Assembly (NCBI GenBank): GCA_963764715.1
Contig: CAVXTP010000006.1
Coordinates: 224,001 to 288,000, forward strand
DNA length: 64,000 bases
Reading direction: 5' to 3'
DNA from: an uncultured Acidobacteriota bacterium
GTDB lineage: Bacteria; Acidobacteriota; Thermoanaerobaculia; UBA5066; Gp7-AA6
The first letter of the stretch is position 1. Each line of letters opens with the position of its first letter. A program made the position numbers and the translations under genes. Positions 30,560 through 43,091 of this stretch are shown in pieces. The notes beneath the pieces were generated by a model. It made no database searches, had not been told where the DNA came from, and saw only the letters and a list, made by a program, of their open reading frames with translations.

Positions 30560-30602
30560 GTCCCCGCTTCCTGCCTCCGGCCTCCTGCCTCCTGCCTCCT
30601 GA
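30542..30602. repeat. (CCTCCTG)n heptamer repeats between convergent genes
   Basis: CTTCCTG CCTCCGG CCTCCTG CCTCCTG CCTCCTG; same unit as 26520-26560. Confidence 0.7.
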
Positions 30603-30605
30603 TCC

Positions 30606-31184
30606 TCACGCCCAATCCCCGGACTTGCGCGACATCACCGGCGCGCCCTCGAGAAGCGTCAGGATGGCCTTCGTCGTGTCCGCGACGGCGTAGAGGATGC
30701 GGTCCTCGGTCCGCGCGAACTTGCGCTGGATCGCGACGTCGAACTGCTGGAGCAGCGGATCGAAGTAGCCGCCGATGTTGGCGATGACGATGGGCTTGCC
30801 ATGGATGCCCATCTGCTTCCAGGTGATCATCTCGATCACCTCTTCCATCGTTCCGAAGCCGCCCGGAAACGCGACGAAGGCGTCCGAGAGGTCGAACATG
30901 AGCTGCTCGCGGGCGTGCATGGTGTCGACGACCTTGAGCTCGGTCAGTCCGCGGTGGGCCGACTCCCGGCCCTGGAGGGCCTTGGGAATGACGCCCGTGA
31001 CCGCGCCGCCGGCGGCGAGGACCTCGTCGGCGATGGCGCCCATGAGCCCGCGGGACGCTCCGCCGTAGATCAGGCGGATTCCGCGGCGGGCGATCTCGCG
31101 ACCGAACGCCCGGATCTCCGTCTCGATGGCAGATTCCTTCGTCGGGCTCGAGCCGCAGTACACGGCGACGCTTTTCAGGTCCAT
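30606..31184 (-). CDS. LOG family nucleotide phosphoribohydrolase
   Basis: VYCGSS, YGG...GLMG and PGGFGTMEE motifs. Confidence 0.9.
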   Translation of the reverse strand: MDLKSVAVYCGSSPTKESAIETEIRAFGREIARRGIRLIYGGASRGLMGAIADEVLAAGGAVTGVIPKALQGRESAHRGLTELKVVDTMHAREQLMFDLSDAFVAFPGGFGTMEEVIEMITWKQMGIHGKPIVIANIGGYFDPLLQQFDVAIQRKFARTEDRILYAVADTTKAILTLLEGAPVMSRKSGDWA

Positions 31185-31193
31185 GCGTGGATC

Positions 31194-31769
31194 TTAAGCC
31201 GTTCGGCCGGAGAAGCGGCTTCCGGGCGAGTCGATGGGAACGCCCTGGCGGCACAGCGGGCATTCGGCCTCGGGCCAGGAGGGCACCGAGAGCGACAGCA
31301 GCGACCGGGACGGCACCCGGAAGGCTCCGGCCGGCAGCCCCCGGTCCACGATCGATCCGACGGCCACGACGCGGCCGCCGGCCGCCTCGACCGCGGCCGC
31401 CGCCTCGCGGGTCGACTTTCCGGTCGTGAAGACGTCCTCGACCACGACGACCGGCTCGCCCGGTTCGAGCGCGAACCCGCGGCGCAGGGCGAAGGCCCCG
31501 TCCTTGCGCTCGACGAACATCGCCGGCACGTCCAGCGCGCGCGCCGTCTCGTGTCCGATCACGACCCCCCCGAGCGCCGGCGACATCACCGCCCGCGCCC
31601 CGAACTCGGCGAGTCTCGCCGCCAGCTCCCGCCCCGCCTGCTCGGCACGCCTGGGCCACATCAGCAGCCGCGCGCACTGCAGATACCTGTCGGAATGCAG
31701 CCCCGACGACAGGCGAAAGTGCCCCGTGAGCAGCGCCCCGGTCTCTTCGAAGTCCCTGATTGAAATCAC
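31194..31769 (-). CDS. pyrE: Orotate phosphoribosyltransferase
   Basis: GHFRLSSGLHSDRYLQCA, VVEDVFTTGKS (PRPP loop), CPLC tail. Confidence 0.9.
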   Translation of the reverse strand: MISIRDFEETGALLTGHFRLSSGLHSDRYLQCARLLMWPRRAEQAGRELAARLAEFGARAVMSPALGGVVIGHETARALDVPAMFVERKDGAFALRRGFALEPGEPVVVVEDVFTTGKSTREAAAAVEAAGGRVVAVGSIVDRGLPAGAFRVPSRSLLSLSVPSWPEAECPLCRQGVPIDSPGSRFSGRTA

Positions 31770-31798
31770 GCAGCGGATTCTATGGGAGATCCGTGAGA

Positions 31799-31835
31799 GG
31801 GCGGGGACAAGCCCCGCCCCTACGACCGGGGGCCC
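31799..31835. repeat. GTAG-type REP
   Basis: GGGCGGGGACAAGCCCCGCCCCTACGACCGGGGGCC. Confidence 0.7.
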
Positions 31836-31874
31836 AGCATCAATCGCCACACAATACCCACCATGAAACATCCG

Positions 31875-32020
31875 TTCGCGGCGCGGCGAGTCTCCCGAAG
31901 TAACCGAGGGAGGAGCGCCGCGCCGCGGGAGCGAGTAGCGCAGCGGAGGGTCAGGCTCGCGGTCGAGCCCACAGGCGAGCCGCGAGCCGGTGCGCCGAAA
32001 GGCGCAGACCCGCAGCGTAG

Positions 32021-32028
<8 letters not shown>
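31875..32028. other. Highly structured intergenic element (candidate ncRNA or repeat)
   Basis: Long stem 31877-31888/31916-31927; multibranch domain closed by GCGAGTAGC/GCTACTCGC with GGGTC/GACCC and a TGCGCC-GAAA-GGCGCA hairpin. Confidence 0.45.
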
Positions 32029-33376
<1,348 letters not shown>

Positions 33377-33485
33377 CGCCTTCCGTTACAGCATCCCGGG
33401 GGCGGTTATTCCCTCGGTGTCCCCTTTCAAAGACGAACGCCCGCCGGGGGGCGGGCGTTCGGTGGGTCGCGGGGAACTGGAGACG

Positions 33486-35015
33486 TCAGTCTTCGAGCTT
33501 GACCAGCGCGAAGCGCGAGACGTCCGCGCGGGGGTTGTAGACGTACAGCTTGAGGTAGTCGCCCTTCTTCGTCTTGCCGACGATCCGGGCGAACTCCTGG
33601 GTCGTCGTGACCTTCTCGCCGTTGACCTGGGTGATGACGTCGCCTTCCTGGATCTGGGCGTCGGCGGCCGGCGAGACCTCCTTGACGCGCACCACGATCA
33701 GGCCGTCGATGCCGGCCTTGACGCGCTGCATCTGCCGCAGCTGCGGCGTCAGCTCCTCGACGGTGATGCCGATCTTGCCCGGGGAGTCGTCGCCGGCGTC
33801 CGCTTCTTTCTCGGCCGACTCGACCGTCTCGTCCCGCCGCTCGGCGAGGGTCGCCGTGAGCGTCTGGTCCTTGCCGTCGCGGACGACGGTCAGCTGGACC
33901 TTGCTGCCCGGCGCCTTTCCGGACACGTAGCCGATGAGGTCGCGCGTGTCCTTGACCGGCACGTTGTCGACCCGGACGATCGTGTCGCCGGGGCGGACTC
34001 CCGCCTTCTCGGCGGGCTTGCCGGCCTCGACCGACTCGACGAATGCGCCCTCCTGGGCCTTCAGGCCGAAGGCGGCGGCGCGGTCGGAGTCGACGTTGAC
34101 GATGTTGATCCCGAGGAAGCCGCGGGTGACCTTCCCCTTCTCGCGCAGCTGCGGGAGGATCGTCTTCAGGGTGTTGATCGGGACGGCGAAGCCGATGTTC
34201 TGGGCCGGCCGGAAGATCGCCGTGTTGATGCCGATGACCTCGCCGTTGGTGTTCAGCAGCGGCCCGCCGGAGTTGCCGAAGTTGATGGCCGCGTCGGTCT
34301 GGATGTAGTTCTCGAAGCTCCGCGTCGCGGCGTCGGCCGTCAGGCCCGAGCGGTCCTTGGCGGACACCACGCCGACCGTGACGGTCTTGTCGAAGTTGAG
34401 CGGATCCCCGATCGCCATGACCCACTCGCCGACCCGGACCTTGTCCGAGTCGCCGAGCTGCAGAGGCGTCAGCCGCTGCTTCACGTCGATCTTCAGGAGG
34501 GCGAGGTCGGTGGCCGCGTCCTTGCCGATGAGCTTGGCCGGGTACTTTTCCTTGTTGTTGATCCGGACTTCGATCTTGTCGGCGCCGTCGATGACGTGGT
34601 TGTTCGTCACGATGTAGCCGTCCTCGGAGATGATGAAGCCGGTTCCGCCCTGGACCTCCTTGTGCTCCTCCTCGTCGCGCGGCTGCCCGCGGCGGTTCTG
34701 GCCGCCCGGGGGGCCGAAGAAGAACTCGAAGGGGTCGCCTTCCCCGAAGGGGTTCTGCTGGTAGCGGCGGCCTCGGTTTCCCTTGACGATGTCCGTCGAG
34801 GTAATCGAAACGACCGAGGGCATGACCTCCTGCGCCGTGTCGGCGAAGGACGGAAGCACCACGGAGCCGTTGCGCTGGCGCGCCGCCGGCGCGGTCTCGC
34901 GCTGGGCCTCGGAGCGGGGGGTGACGTTGACCGAACCCGCGACCACCATGCCGAAGACGACGGCGGCCGCGATCAAAGCCGAAAAGGACAGGGCCCGTTT
35001 GGTGGTTCTCTCCAT
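33486..35015 (-). CDS. degP: HtrA/DegP serine protease with two PDZ domains
   Basis: TNNHV, DLALLK, TDAAINFGNSGG catalytic triad; N-terminal anchor; PDZ x2. Confidence 0.9.
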   Translation of the reverse strand: MERTTKRALSFSALIAAAVVFGMVVAGSVNVTPRSEAQRETAPAARQRNGSVVLPSFADTAQEVMPSVVSITSTDIVKGNRGRRYQQNPFGEGDPFEFFFGPPGGQNRRGQPRDEEEHKEVQGGTGFIISEDGYIVTNNHVIDGADKIEVRINNKEKYPAKLIGKDAATDLALLKIDVKQRLTPLQLGDSDKVRVGEWVMAIGDPLNFDKTVTVGVVSAKDRSGLTADAATRSFENYIQTDAAINFGNSGGPLLNTNGEVIGINTAIFRPAQNIGFAVPINTLKTILPQLREKGKVTRGFLGINIVNVDSDRAAAFGLKAQEGAFVESVEAGKPAEKAGVRPGDTIVRVDNVPVKDTRDLIGYVSGKAPGSKVQLTVVRDGKDQTLTATLAERRDETVESAEKEADAGDDSPGKIGITVEELTPQLRQMQRVKAGIDGLIVVRVKEVSPAADAQIQEGDVITQVNGEKVTTTQEFARIVGKTKKGDYLKLYVYNPRADVSRFALVKLED

Positions 35016-35073
35016 AAGAAACGTCTTTCTCCTCAATCAGGTCCCGTTGCCGGGACAAGCAGGAAACGCCCCC

Positions 35074-35511
35074 TCAGCGGGCGACATTCCTCGATTTCGG
35101 GGGAATCCCCAGCCGCTCGTGCTCGACCAGGATGCAGCGGTCCATGGCCACCCCGATCCCGGCCGCCTCGAGGCGGCGGGCGGAGGCCGCGTCCACAACC
35201 CCCTGCTGCATGAAGAGGAAGGGCACCCCGCGCTCGATCGCCTCGGCCGCGACGGGGGCGACGAGCTCGGACCGCCGGAACACGTCGACGACGTCGATGC
35301 GGACCTCCGGGGGGATGCTCGAAACCGAGGGGTAGCAGGTCTGTCCGAGGATCTCGGCGTGGTTGGGATTGACCGGGACGACGCGGTAGCCCTGGCTCAT
35401 GAGATACCGGGCGATCGCGTGCGAGGCCCGGGAGGGGTCCGGGGAGCAGCCGACGACGGCCACCGTCTCGGCCTCCTCGAGGGCGCGGCGGATCCGGTCC
35501 GGCTCGTTCAG
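35074..35511 (-). CDS. CoA-binding protein (YccU-like)
   Basis: VAVVGCS..PSRAS, GYRVVPVNP, DVVDVFR, MDRC. Probable CTG start overlapping the upstream stop. Confidence 0.85.
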   Translation of the reverse strand: MNEPDRIRRALEEAETVAVVGCSPDPSRASHAIARYLMSQGYRVVPVNPNHAEILGQTCYPSVSSIPPEVRIDVVDVFRRSELVAPVAAEAIERGVPFLFMQQGVVDAASARRLEAAGIGVAMDRCILVEHERLGIPPKSRNVAR

Positions 35512-37136
35512 CGGGGCTCCCGCCGCCCGTTCAGCTCTTCCTCCGTCGGGAAGTAGATGAAGTTGATGACGATCCGCTCGCGGTCCTTGCCGGGGACCAG
35601 GCGCAGGAGGTCCTTCGGCAGCGGTCGGAACGGGTCGGACTCGATGATCGCCTGCATGGCGGCGTGGGTGTAGGGCGGGACCGTCGACGGACGCTGGATG
35701 CGGACGTCCGCGACGCTCCCGTCGGTCATGATCGAGAAGGCGATCTGGGTCGTCCCGTTCTGCTGGAGGATCAGGAGGTCGCGCGAGATCCGCCAGTGGA
35801 GCTTGATGCGGCGCAGCATCTCCGCCGCATACGGGCCCCAGTCGTACCAGCTCGTCTCGAACGAGACTCCCCCGACGTCGACGAAGCCGCCCTCCTCGTT
35901 GGCCATCGGCGCGCCGCCCTCGCCGCCGACGGTCCCGCGGGCGGCTTCGCGGATCGCCGCGTCGAGGCCCGCGAGCTTGGTGACCTCGCGCGGACCGTTC
36001 GAGAGCGACGGCCGCATGTCGGCCGGGAACTCCGAGGTCTTGCGCTCGGCGGACGGGTCCGACGTCTCGAGCGCGGCCCGCTGCTCGGCCTCCGGGCGCG
36101 GCTGCGCCTGGCCGGGGCGCGCCTTCGCCTGCGCCTCGCCGCCCGGAACGCGGGGCTGGCGGGGGCCCGGCGCGAGGCCCTCGATGCCGGGCGCGCGGGG
36201 AACGAACGGCGTGTCCGCCTTCGGGCGCGCCGGGTCGCCTCCGCCGGCACGACGGTCGGCGTCGGAGAGCACGGAGCGCTTCGGATTCTCGCGAGGCGCG
36301 CCCGGGAGGTCGCGGAAGTCGATGGGAATCGGCGAATCGTCCTTCGGGGGCGTCATGGCCGCCGCGAGCGCGTCGATGAGGTTGGGTTCGGACGCCGGGC
36401 TCCTCGCCGGAACCACGATGAGGAGAATCACGATCAGCAGGTGGGCGCAGAGCGAAATGAGGATCGCCCGCTCGATCGGAAAGGCGCGCGACGCGTGGTG
36501 CTCGAGGCCCGCGAGCTCGGCCAGCGTGCTGTGCACGATCGCCGGCTTGACGCTCGGCTCGGAGCGCCTCCTCGCGAAAACGCCGGAATCGAGGAACGGC
36601 AACGAGCGCTGCTCGGGCTCCGCGTCCGGCGAAGGGGCCGCCTCGCTCGCGAGCGAACCGAACACGCCGTGGACGATCGGCTCGTCCGAGTCCTCGGGCT
36701 CGTCCGGGCCCGAAACCCCGGCCTCGGCGTGGCCGCGACTGGCGACCAAGCCGAGCATGCTGTGGACGATCGGCTCGTCCGAGGCGGCCGACTCGTCCCG
36801 GGCCGGGGTCTTGCCGTCGGCGGGGCTCTCGTGGCTGCGGCTGGCGAGCGCGCCGAGCATGCTGTGGACGATCGGCTCGTCCGAGGCGGCCGACTCGTCC
36901 CGGGCCGGGGTCTTGCCGTCGGCGGGGCTCTCGTGGCTGCGGCTGGCGAGCGCGCCGAGCATGCTGTGGACGATCGGCTCGTCCGAGGGGGCGGGCTCCG
37001 CTTCCTCCCGGAAGAACCAGCGTCGGCGGGCCCCGACCGAAGCGAGCATGCTCCGCTCGCCCGCAAAGAGGCCGGTTTCTTCGGGATCGGACACGCAACT
37101 CCCCCAGACGGTCGTGCCGCCTGACTTCTTCAACAC
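35508..37136 (-). CDS. TonB/TolA C-terminal domain protein with N-terminal tandem repeats
   Basis: TM helix SLCAHLLIV (TonB-type SxxxH), Pro-rich linker, C-terminal DWGPY..EMLRRIK..W...F.I..DGSV...PFRPLP. Start uncertain. Confidence 0.75.
   Translation of the reverse strand: MLKKSGGTTVWGSCVSDPEETGLFAGERSMLASVGARRRWFFREEAEPAPSDEPIVHSMLGALASRSHESPADGKTPARDESAASDEPIVHSMLGALASRSHESPADGKTPARDESAASDEPIVHSMLGLVASRGHAEAGVSGPDEPEDSDEPIVHGVFGSLASEAAPSPDAEPEQRSLPFLDSGVFARRRSEPSVKPAIVHSTLAELAGLEHHASRAFPIERAILISLCAHLLIVILLIVVPARSPASEPNLIDALAAAMTPPKDDSPIPIDFRDLPGAPRENPKRSVLSDADRRAGGGDPARPKADTPFVPRAPGIEGLAPGPRQPRVPGGEAQAKARPGQAQPRPEAEQRAALETSDPSAERKTSEFPADMRPSLSNGPREVTKLAGLDAAIREAARGTVGGEGGAPMANEEGGFVDVGGVSFETSWYDWGPYAAEMLRRIKLHWRISRDLLILQQNGTTQIAFSIMTDGSVADVRIQRPSTVPPYTHAAMQAIIESDPFRPLPKDLLRLVPGKDRERIVINFIYFPTEEELNGRREPR
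36750..36987. repeat. 102-bp perfect coding tandem repeat (about 2.3 copies; 34 aa)
   Basis: CCGAGCATGCTGTGGACGATCGGCTCGTCCGAGG recurs at 36751, 36853 and 36955. Confidence 0.9.
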
Positions 37137-37321
37137 GCCCCCGCGCCGGGGGATTCTCCCGATTGTAGACTTTGCACGGACCTTGCAACTCGGCCTGCGG
37201 CCGGGCCCGGCTTTTCGGCCCGAACGCGCTAACCTGCTCCGCCGCGGCCTCTTAGGGCGGCGGTCGGCCCCTTGGCGCGGGGGCTGCCGCTTTTGATATA
37301 AATCCCCTCGTCTGACGTAAT

Positions 37322-37342
37322 GCGGGCTTGGCCCGCTTTTTT
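37322..37342 (+). promoter_or_regulatory. rimP-leader terminator-like hairpin
   Basis: GCGGGC-TTG-GCCCGC-TTTTTT just before the rimP start, matching the described rimP leader motif. Confidence 0.6.
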
Positions 37343-37347
37343 GTTCG

Positions 37348-37887
37348 ATGAAAAGGCCCTTGAGCGAAAAAACGACACGGGAAATCGGCGCGATCGCCGA
37401 GGAGAGAGGGTGCCGCCTGCTCGACGTCGAGCTGGCGGGCGCCGGGCGGTTCTCCGTCCTGCGCCTGGTCCTCGAGCGCCTCGACGGCGGCGCCGTGACG
37501 GTCGAGGACTGCGAGGGCGTCTCGCGCGAGGCCTCGACGGTCCTCGACGCGGCCGACGAGATCGGCCACCGCTACACGCTCGAGGTCTCCTCGGCCGGCC
37601 TCGACCGCAGGCTCTACTCGCTCGAGGACGCGGAGCGGTTCGTCGGCCGCCGCGTGCGCGTGAAGACGGACGAGCCCGTCGTGCCCGCGCCGCTCCCGGT
37701 CCCCGGCGCGCGGCCTCCGGCGATCTCGCCCGCGCGGAATTTCGGCGGTCGGCTCGAGAAGGTGGACGGCGACGTGCTCACCGTCGTTGATGAGGCGGAT
37801 CGCAGAATCTATAATGTCCGTTTCGGCGATATTCGACTCGCCCGGCTGGACTTCGAGTGGCCGCGACGAGAACGCCAGGGGCGATAG
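37348..37887 (+). CDS. rimP: Ribosome maturation factor RimP
   Basis: VTVEDCE.VSR...YTLEVSSAGLDR; first gene before nusA. Confidence 0.92.
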   Translation: MKRPLSEKTTREIGAIAEERGCRLLDVELAGAGRFSVLRLVLERLDGGAVTVEDCEGVSREASTVLDAADEIGHRYTLEVSSAGLDRRLYSLEDAERFVGRRVRVKTDEPVVPAPLPVPGARPPAISPARNFGGRLEKVDGDVLTVVDEADRRIYNVRFGDIRLARLDFEWPRRERQGR

Positions 37888-37903
37888 GAGAGAGCGGGTT
37901 TCC

Positions 37904-39355
<1,452 letters not shown>

Positions 39356-39365
39356 ACCGAGCCGC

Positions 39366-42269
39366 ATGGGAAAGATCCGCGTCGAAGAGCTCGCCGCCCA
39401 GATGGGGATCGGCAGCAAGGAAGTTCTGTTTCTCCTGCAGTCGATCGGCGTCGACGTGAAGTCGCCGCAGGCGGCCCTGGACGAGTCCACCGTGCTCGCC
39501 ATTCTCCAGGGCAAGACGCACGCTCCGAAGCAGCTCATCGTGCGCGACGCGGAGACCCGGTCGGCGCGGCCTCAGAAGAGCGCGCTGAACCGGATCAAGA
39601 TCGTCGAGAAGCCGCCGGCCTCGGAGGGCGAGCCCGGCCTCGAGCCGCCGCCGGCCCCGCCGGAGGAGACGTCCGCCGCGGCGCCGTCGAGGGCGACCGC
39701 ACCCTCGGCGCCGCCCAAGGCGGCCCCCGAAAAGGCCCCGGCTCCACCGGTCCTTTCCGCCGCGGCGCGACGCGCCCAGGCGGCCGCCGAGGCGAAGGCC
39801 GCGGCGAAAGCGGCCGAGCCCGCACGGACCGCCGTCGTTCCCGAAGAGCCCGAACCGGAGCCGGCCAGGCCCGCTCCGCCCCCGGTGCCCCGGAAGATCA
39901 TCCTTCCGCCCCGCCCCGTCGTTCCGCCCCGGCCCACGGGCCCGGCCGCCGGCATGCGGCCGACCGGACCGGTCAGCCGGCCGATGGGACCGGCCGCCGG
40001 CATGAACCGCCCCATGGGGCCGGCCGCCGGCTTGAATCGCCCGATGGGTCCCTCCGGCGGCGTCGGCCGCCCGATGGGGCCCCGCCCCACGGGACCGTCC
40101 GTCTACCGTCCGACGCCCGGCGGACCCGGCGCCCGGCCGCTCGGCGGACCTCCCCGTCCGGGAGCCCCGACCGGCCGCGTCGCGACGGGAGCGCCCGAAC
40201 GCGGCGGAGCGGTCAAGCGCAAGAAGGACGCCGAGGACGCCAAGAAGGCGGCGGCCGGCAAGCGGAGCGCACGGCCGAAGATCACCGTCGCCGACGAGGT
40301 CAACCTCCGGGACTTCGTCGGGACCTACAAGGAAGACACCTACTCCGACATCTCGCTGCCCCTGATCGAGAAGACGGGAGAAGACGTCGAGGCCTCGGGG
40401 CCCGCCCCGGTCTCGAAGTCGGCGATCCGCCGCGCCGCCAAGGAAACCCGCGCGCACGACTCGGGCAAGCTGCTCGAGTTCAAGAAGCCGGCGCCCACGG
40501 GCCCGGTGTTCTTCACCGAGGGCGTCACGGTCAAGGAGCTTTCCGAGAAGCTCGGCGTGCTCGGCCGCGACATCCAGCGGCTGCTGATGCAGCGCGGCAT
40601 CCTCGCGACGGTCAACCAGACGCTCGACGCGGCGACCGCCGTCCAGATCGCCAAGGAGATCGGCGTCGAAGCGGCCGTCGTGTCCTTCGAGGAGGAGCTC
40701 GAGCTCTCCCGCTCGGTCAAGGAAGGAACCGCCGGCGAAGCGCCGGCCGCGGCCCGCGTTCCGCGCGCCCCGGTCGTGACCGTGATGGGCCACGTCGACC
40801 ACGGCAAGACCTCGCTCCTCGACGTCATCCGCAAGGCCAACGTCGCGGCCGGCGAGGCCGGCGGCATCACGCAGCACATCGGCGCCTACCGCGTCGTCGC
40901 CAACGGAAAGCCGATCGTGTTCCTCGACACGCCGGGCCACGAGGCCTTCACGTCGATGCGCGCGCGCGGGGCCAAGGCCACCGACATCGTCGTCCTCGTC
41001 GTGGCGGCCGACGACGCCGTCATGCCCCAGACGATCGAGGCGATCAACCACGCCCGGGCCGCGAAGGTCCCGATCGTCGTCGCGATCAACAAGATCGACA
41101 AGCCCAACGCCAACGTCGACCGCGTCAAGAAGGAGCTCGCCGACCAGAACGTCCTCCTCGAGGCGTGGGGCGGAGACGTCCCGTCGGCCGAAATCTCGGC
41201 GCTGAAGAAACAGGGCATCGAGCATCTCCTCGAGCTCATCCTCATCGTCGCGGACATGCAGGAGCTGACGGCCCCGGCCGTCGGCGAGGCGCGCGGCGTC
41301 GTGCTCGAGGCCCGGCGCGAAGCCGGCCGCGGCAACGTCGCCACGGTGCTCGTCCAGGCCGGCACCCTCAAGGTCGGCGACGTCTTCTTCGCCGGCTCGG
41401 TCTTCGGACGCGTGCGCTCGATGCAGGACGACCGCGGCGAGAAGATCGCGGAGGCCGGACCGGCGACGCCGGTCGAGGTCACGGGCTTCGAGGACCTGCC
41501 GCAGGCCGGCGACGGCTTCCAGGTCGTCGAGGACGAGGCGAAGGCCCGCTCGGTCGTGTCGTTCCGCCAGTTGAAGGATCGCGAGAAGACGATGGCCGCC
41601 TCCTCGCGGCTCTCGCTCGAGCAGCTCTTCAGCAAGATCCAGGAGGGCAAGGTCAAGGACCTCCCGATCATCCTGAAGGCCGACGTCTCGGGCTCGATGG
41701 AGGTCCTGTCGCAGGCCTTGAAGCGCCTGTCGAACGAGAAGGTCAAGATCTCGCTCCTCCACGCCGGCGTCGGCGCGATCAACATCAACGACGTGCTCCT
41801 CGCCTCGGCTTCGGGCGCGATCATCGTGGGCTTCAACGTGCGGCCCGAGAAGAAGGCGGCCGACGAGGCCGAGAAGGCCGGCGTCGAGATCCGCCTCCAC
41901 ACGGTCATCTACAACGTCACGGACGAGATCAAGAAGGCCATGGAGGGTCTCCTCGAGCCGACGCTGAAGGAAGTCGCGCGCGGCCGCGCCGAGGTGCGCA
42001 ACACGTTCAAGGTTCCGAAGTTCGGCGTCGTCGCCGGCTGCTACGTGACCGAAGGGACCATTCCCCGCTCGGCGCAGGTGCGGCTGCTGCGCGACAACCG
42101 GGTCATCTACGAGGGCAAGATCGGCTCGCTCCGGCGGTTCAAGGACGACGTGTCGGAGGTCAAGCAGGGCTTCGAGTGCGGCATCGGTCTCGACCGGTAC
42201 CAGGACGTCAAGGTGGGCGACTTCATCGAGGCGTTCCAGGTCGAGAAGGTGGCCGGAGTGATGGGATAG
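39366..42269 (+). CDS. infB: Translation initiation factor IF-2
   Basis: [29 protein letters not shown]. Confidence 0.97.
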   Translation: MGKIRVEELAAQMGIGSKEVLFLLQSIGVDVKSPQAALDESTVLAILQGKTHAPKQLIVRDAETRSARPQKSALNRIKIVEKPPASEGEPGLEPPPAPPEETSAAAPSRATAPSAPPKAAPEKAPAPPVLSAAARRAQAAAEAKAAAKAAEPARTAVVPEEPEPEPARPAPPPVPRKIILPPRPVVPPRPTGPAAGMRPTGPVSRPMGPAAGMNRPMGPAAGLNRPMGPSGGVGRPMGPRPTGPSVYRPTPGGPGARPLGGPPRPGAPTGRVATGAPERGGAVKRKKDAEDAKKAAAGKRSARPKITVADEVNLRDFVGTYKEDTYSDISLPLIEKTGEDVEASGPAPVSKSAIRRAAKETRAHDSGKLLEFKKPAPTGPVFFTEGVTVKELSEKLGVLGRDIQRLLMQRGILATVNQTLDAATAVQIAKEIGVEAAVVSFEEELELSRSVKEGTAGEAPAAARVPRAPVVTVMGHVDHGKTSLLDVIRKANVAAGEAGGITQHIGAYRVVANGKPIVFLDTPGHEAFTSMRARGAKATDIVVLVVAADDAVMPQTIEAINHARAAKVPIVVAINKIDKPNANVDRVKKELADQNVLLEAWGGDVPSAEISALKKQGIEHLLELILIVADMQELTAPAVGEARGVVLEARREAGRGNVATVLVQAGTLKVGDVFFAGSVFGRVRSMQDDRGEKIAEAGPATPVEVTGFEDLPQAGDGFQVVEDEAKARSVVSFRQLKDREKTMAASSRLSLEQLFSKIQEGKVKDLPIILKADVSGSMEVLSQALKRLSNEKVKISLLHAGVGAININDVLLASASGAIIVGFNVRPEKKAADEAEKAGVEIRLHTVIYNVTDEIKKAMEGLLEPTLKEVARGRAEVRNTFKVPKFGVVAGCYVTEGTIPRSAQVRLLRDNRVIYEGKIGSLRRFKDDVSEVKQGFECGIGLDRYQDVKVGDFIEAFQVEKVAGVMG

Positions 42270-42309
42270 CTCTCGGCCATCGGCGGTCCGCCGGCCGCCG
42301 AGAGCTCCC

Positions 42310-42597
42310 ATGGTCCTCGCGTACGCCGTCTTCGACCTGCACCTGCCGGGCTGCCGGGGCCTCAAGGAAAAACGGATGATCGTCCGGAGCCTCAAGGCGC
42401 GCATCCGCGGCGAGTTCGAGGTCTCCGCCGCCGAGGTCGGGGCGCAGGACCTGCTCCAGCGCGCGGAGATCGGAGTCGCCGCGATCGGCCCGGACCAGGC
42501 CCCGCTCGACGCCCTCCTCCAGGGCATCCTGCGGTTCGTGGAGGAGAATCTGGACGGGGAGATCCTTGAGTACCGGAATGAGTTCATCCATGTCTGA
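42310..42597 (+). CDS. DUF503 (YlxP-like) protein
   Basis: LHLPG..GLKEKR.IVRSLK....F.VSAAEV; between infB and rbfA. Confidence 0.85.
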   Translation: MVLAYAVFDLHLPGCRGLKEKRMIVRSLKARIRGEFEVSAAEVGAQDLLQRAEIGVAAIGPDQAPLDALLQGILRFVEENLDGEILEYRNEFIHV

Positions 42598-42611
42598 AGC
42601 GCGCGAGTATC

Positions 42612-42677
42612 GGCCCCCGGTCGTAGGGGTGGCCCTTGTGGCCGCCCGTCTCGCCGGGAGGGGACAAGCCCCTCCCC
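42612..42677. repeat. GTAG-type REP doublet
   Basis: GGCCCCCGGTCGTAGGGGTGGCCCTTGTGGCCGCCC...GGGAGGGGACAAGCCCCTCCCC. Confidence 0.7.
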
Positions 42678-42713
42678 AGCGCCGCGCTCGGCGAATCCGC
42701 GCCCGGGGGCGAG

Positions 42714-43091
42714 GTGAAGAAGGATTCCCGCCGCAGCCAGCGCGTCGCGGACCTCGTCCGCGCCGAGATCTCCAGCCTCGTCCTGATCGAGGCGCACGAC
42801 CCGGACCTGCGCCGCGTCACGATCACCGACGTCGAGATGCCGTCGGACCTCCGGTCGGCGCGCGTCTACTTTTCGTGCCTCGGCGGCGACGAGGAGCGCG
42901 AGAAGGCCGCCAGGGCGCTCGACCGAGCGTCCGGGTTCCTGCGCCGCGAAGTCGGTCAGCGCTGCCGGCTGCGCTACGCGCCCGAGCTCCATTTCGTGTC
43001 CGACCGCTCCCTCGAGCGGGGGGCCCGCATCGAGGAGCTGCTCCACGAAGTCCTGCCGCCCGGCCCGGGCGACGAGGGCGAGGGCTCGTGA
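42714..43091 (+). CDS. rbfA: Ribosome-binding factor A
   Basis: RSQRVADLVRAEIS...VTITDV...DLRSARVY...LRYAPELHF..D.SLE. Confidence 0.92.
   Translation: MKKDSRRSQRVADLVRAEISSLVLIEAHDPDLRRVTITDVEMPSDLRSARVYFSCLGGDEEREKAARALDRASGFLRREVGQRCRLRYAPELHFVSDRSLERGARIEELLHEVLPPGPGDEGEGS

Noticed and set aside
36750-36987. Regularly spaced repeats as a possible CRISPR array
   Set aside because: The intervening sequences are identical, the 102-bp period is in frame within a CDS, and no cas genes are present
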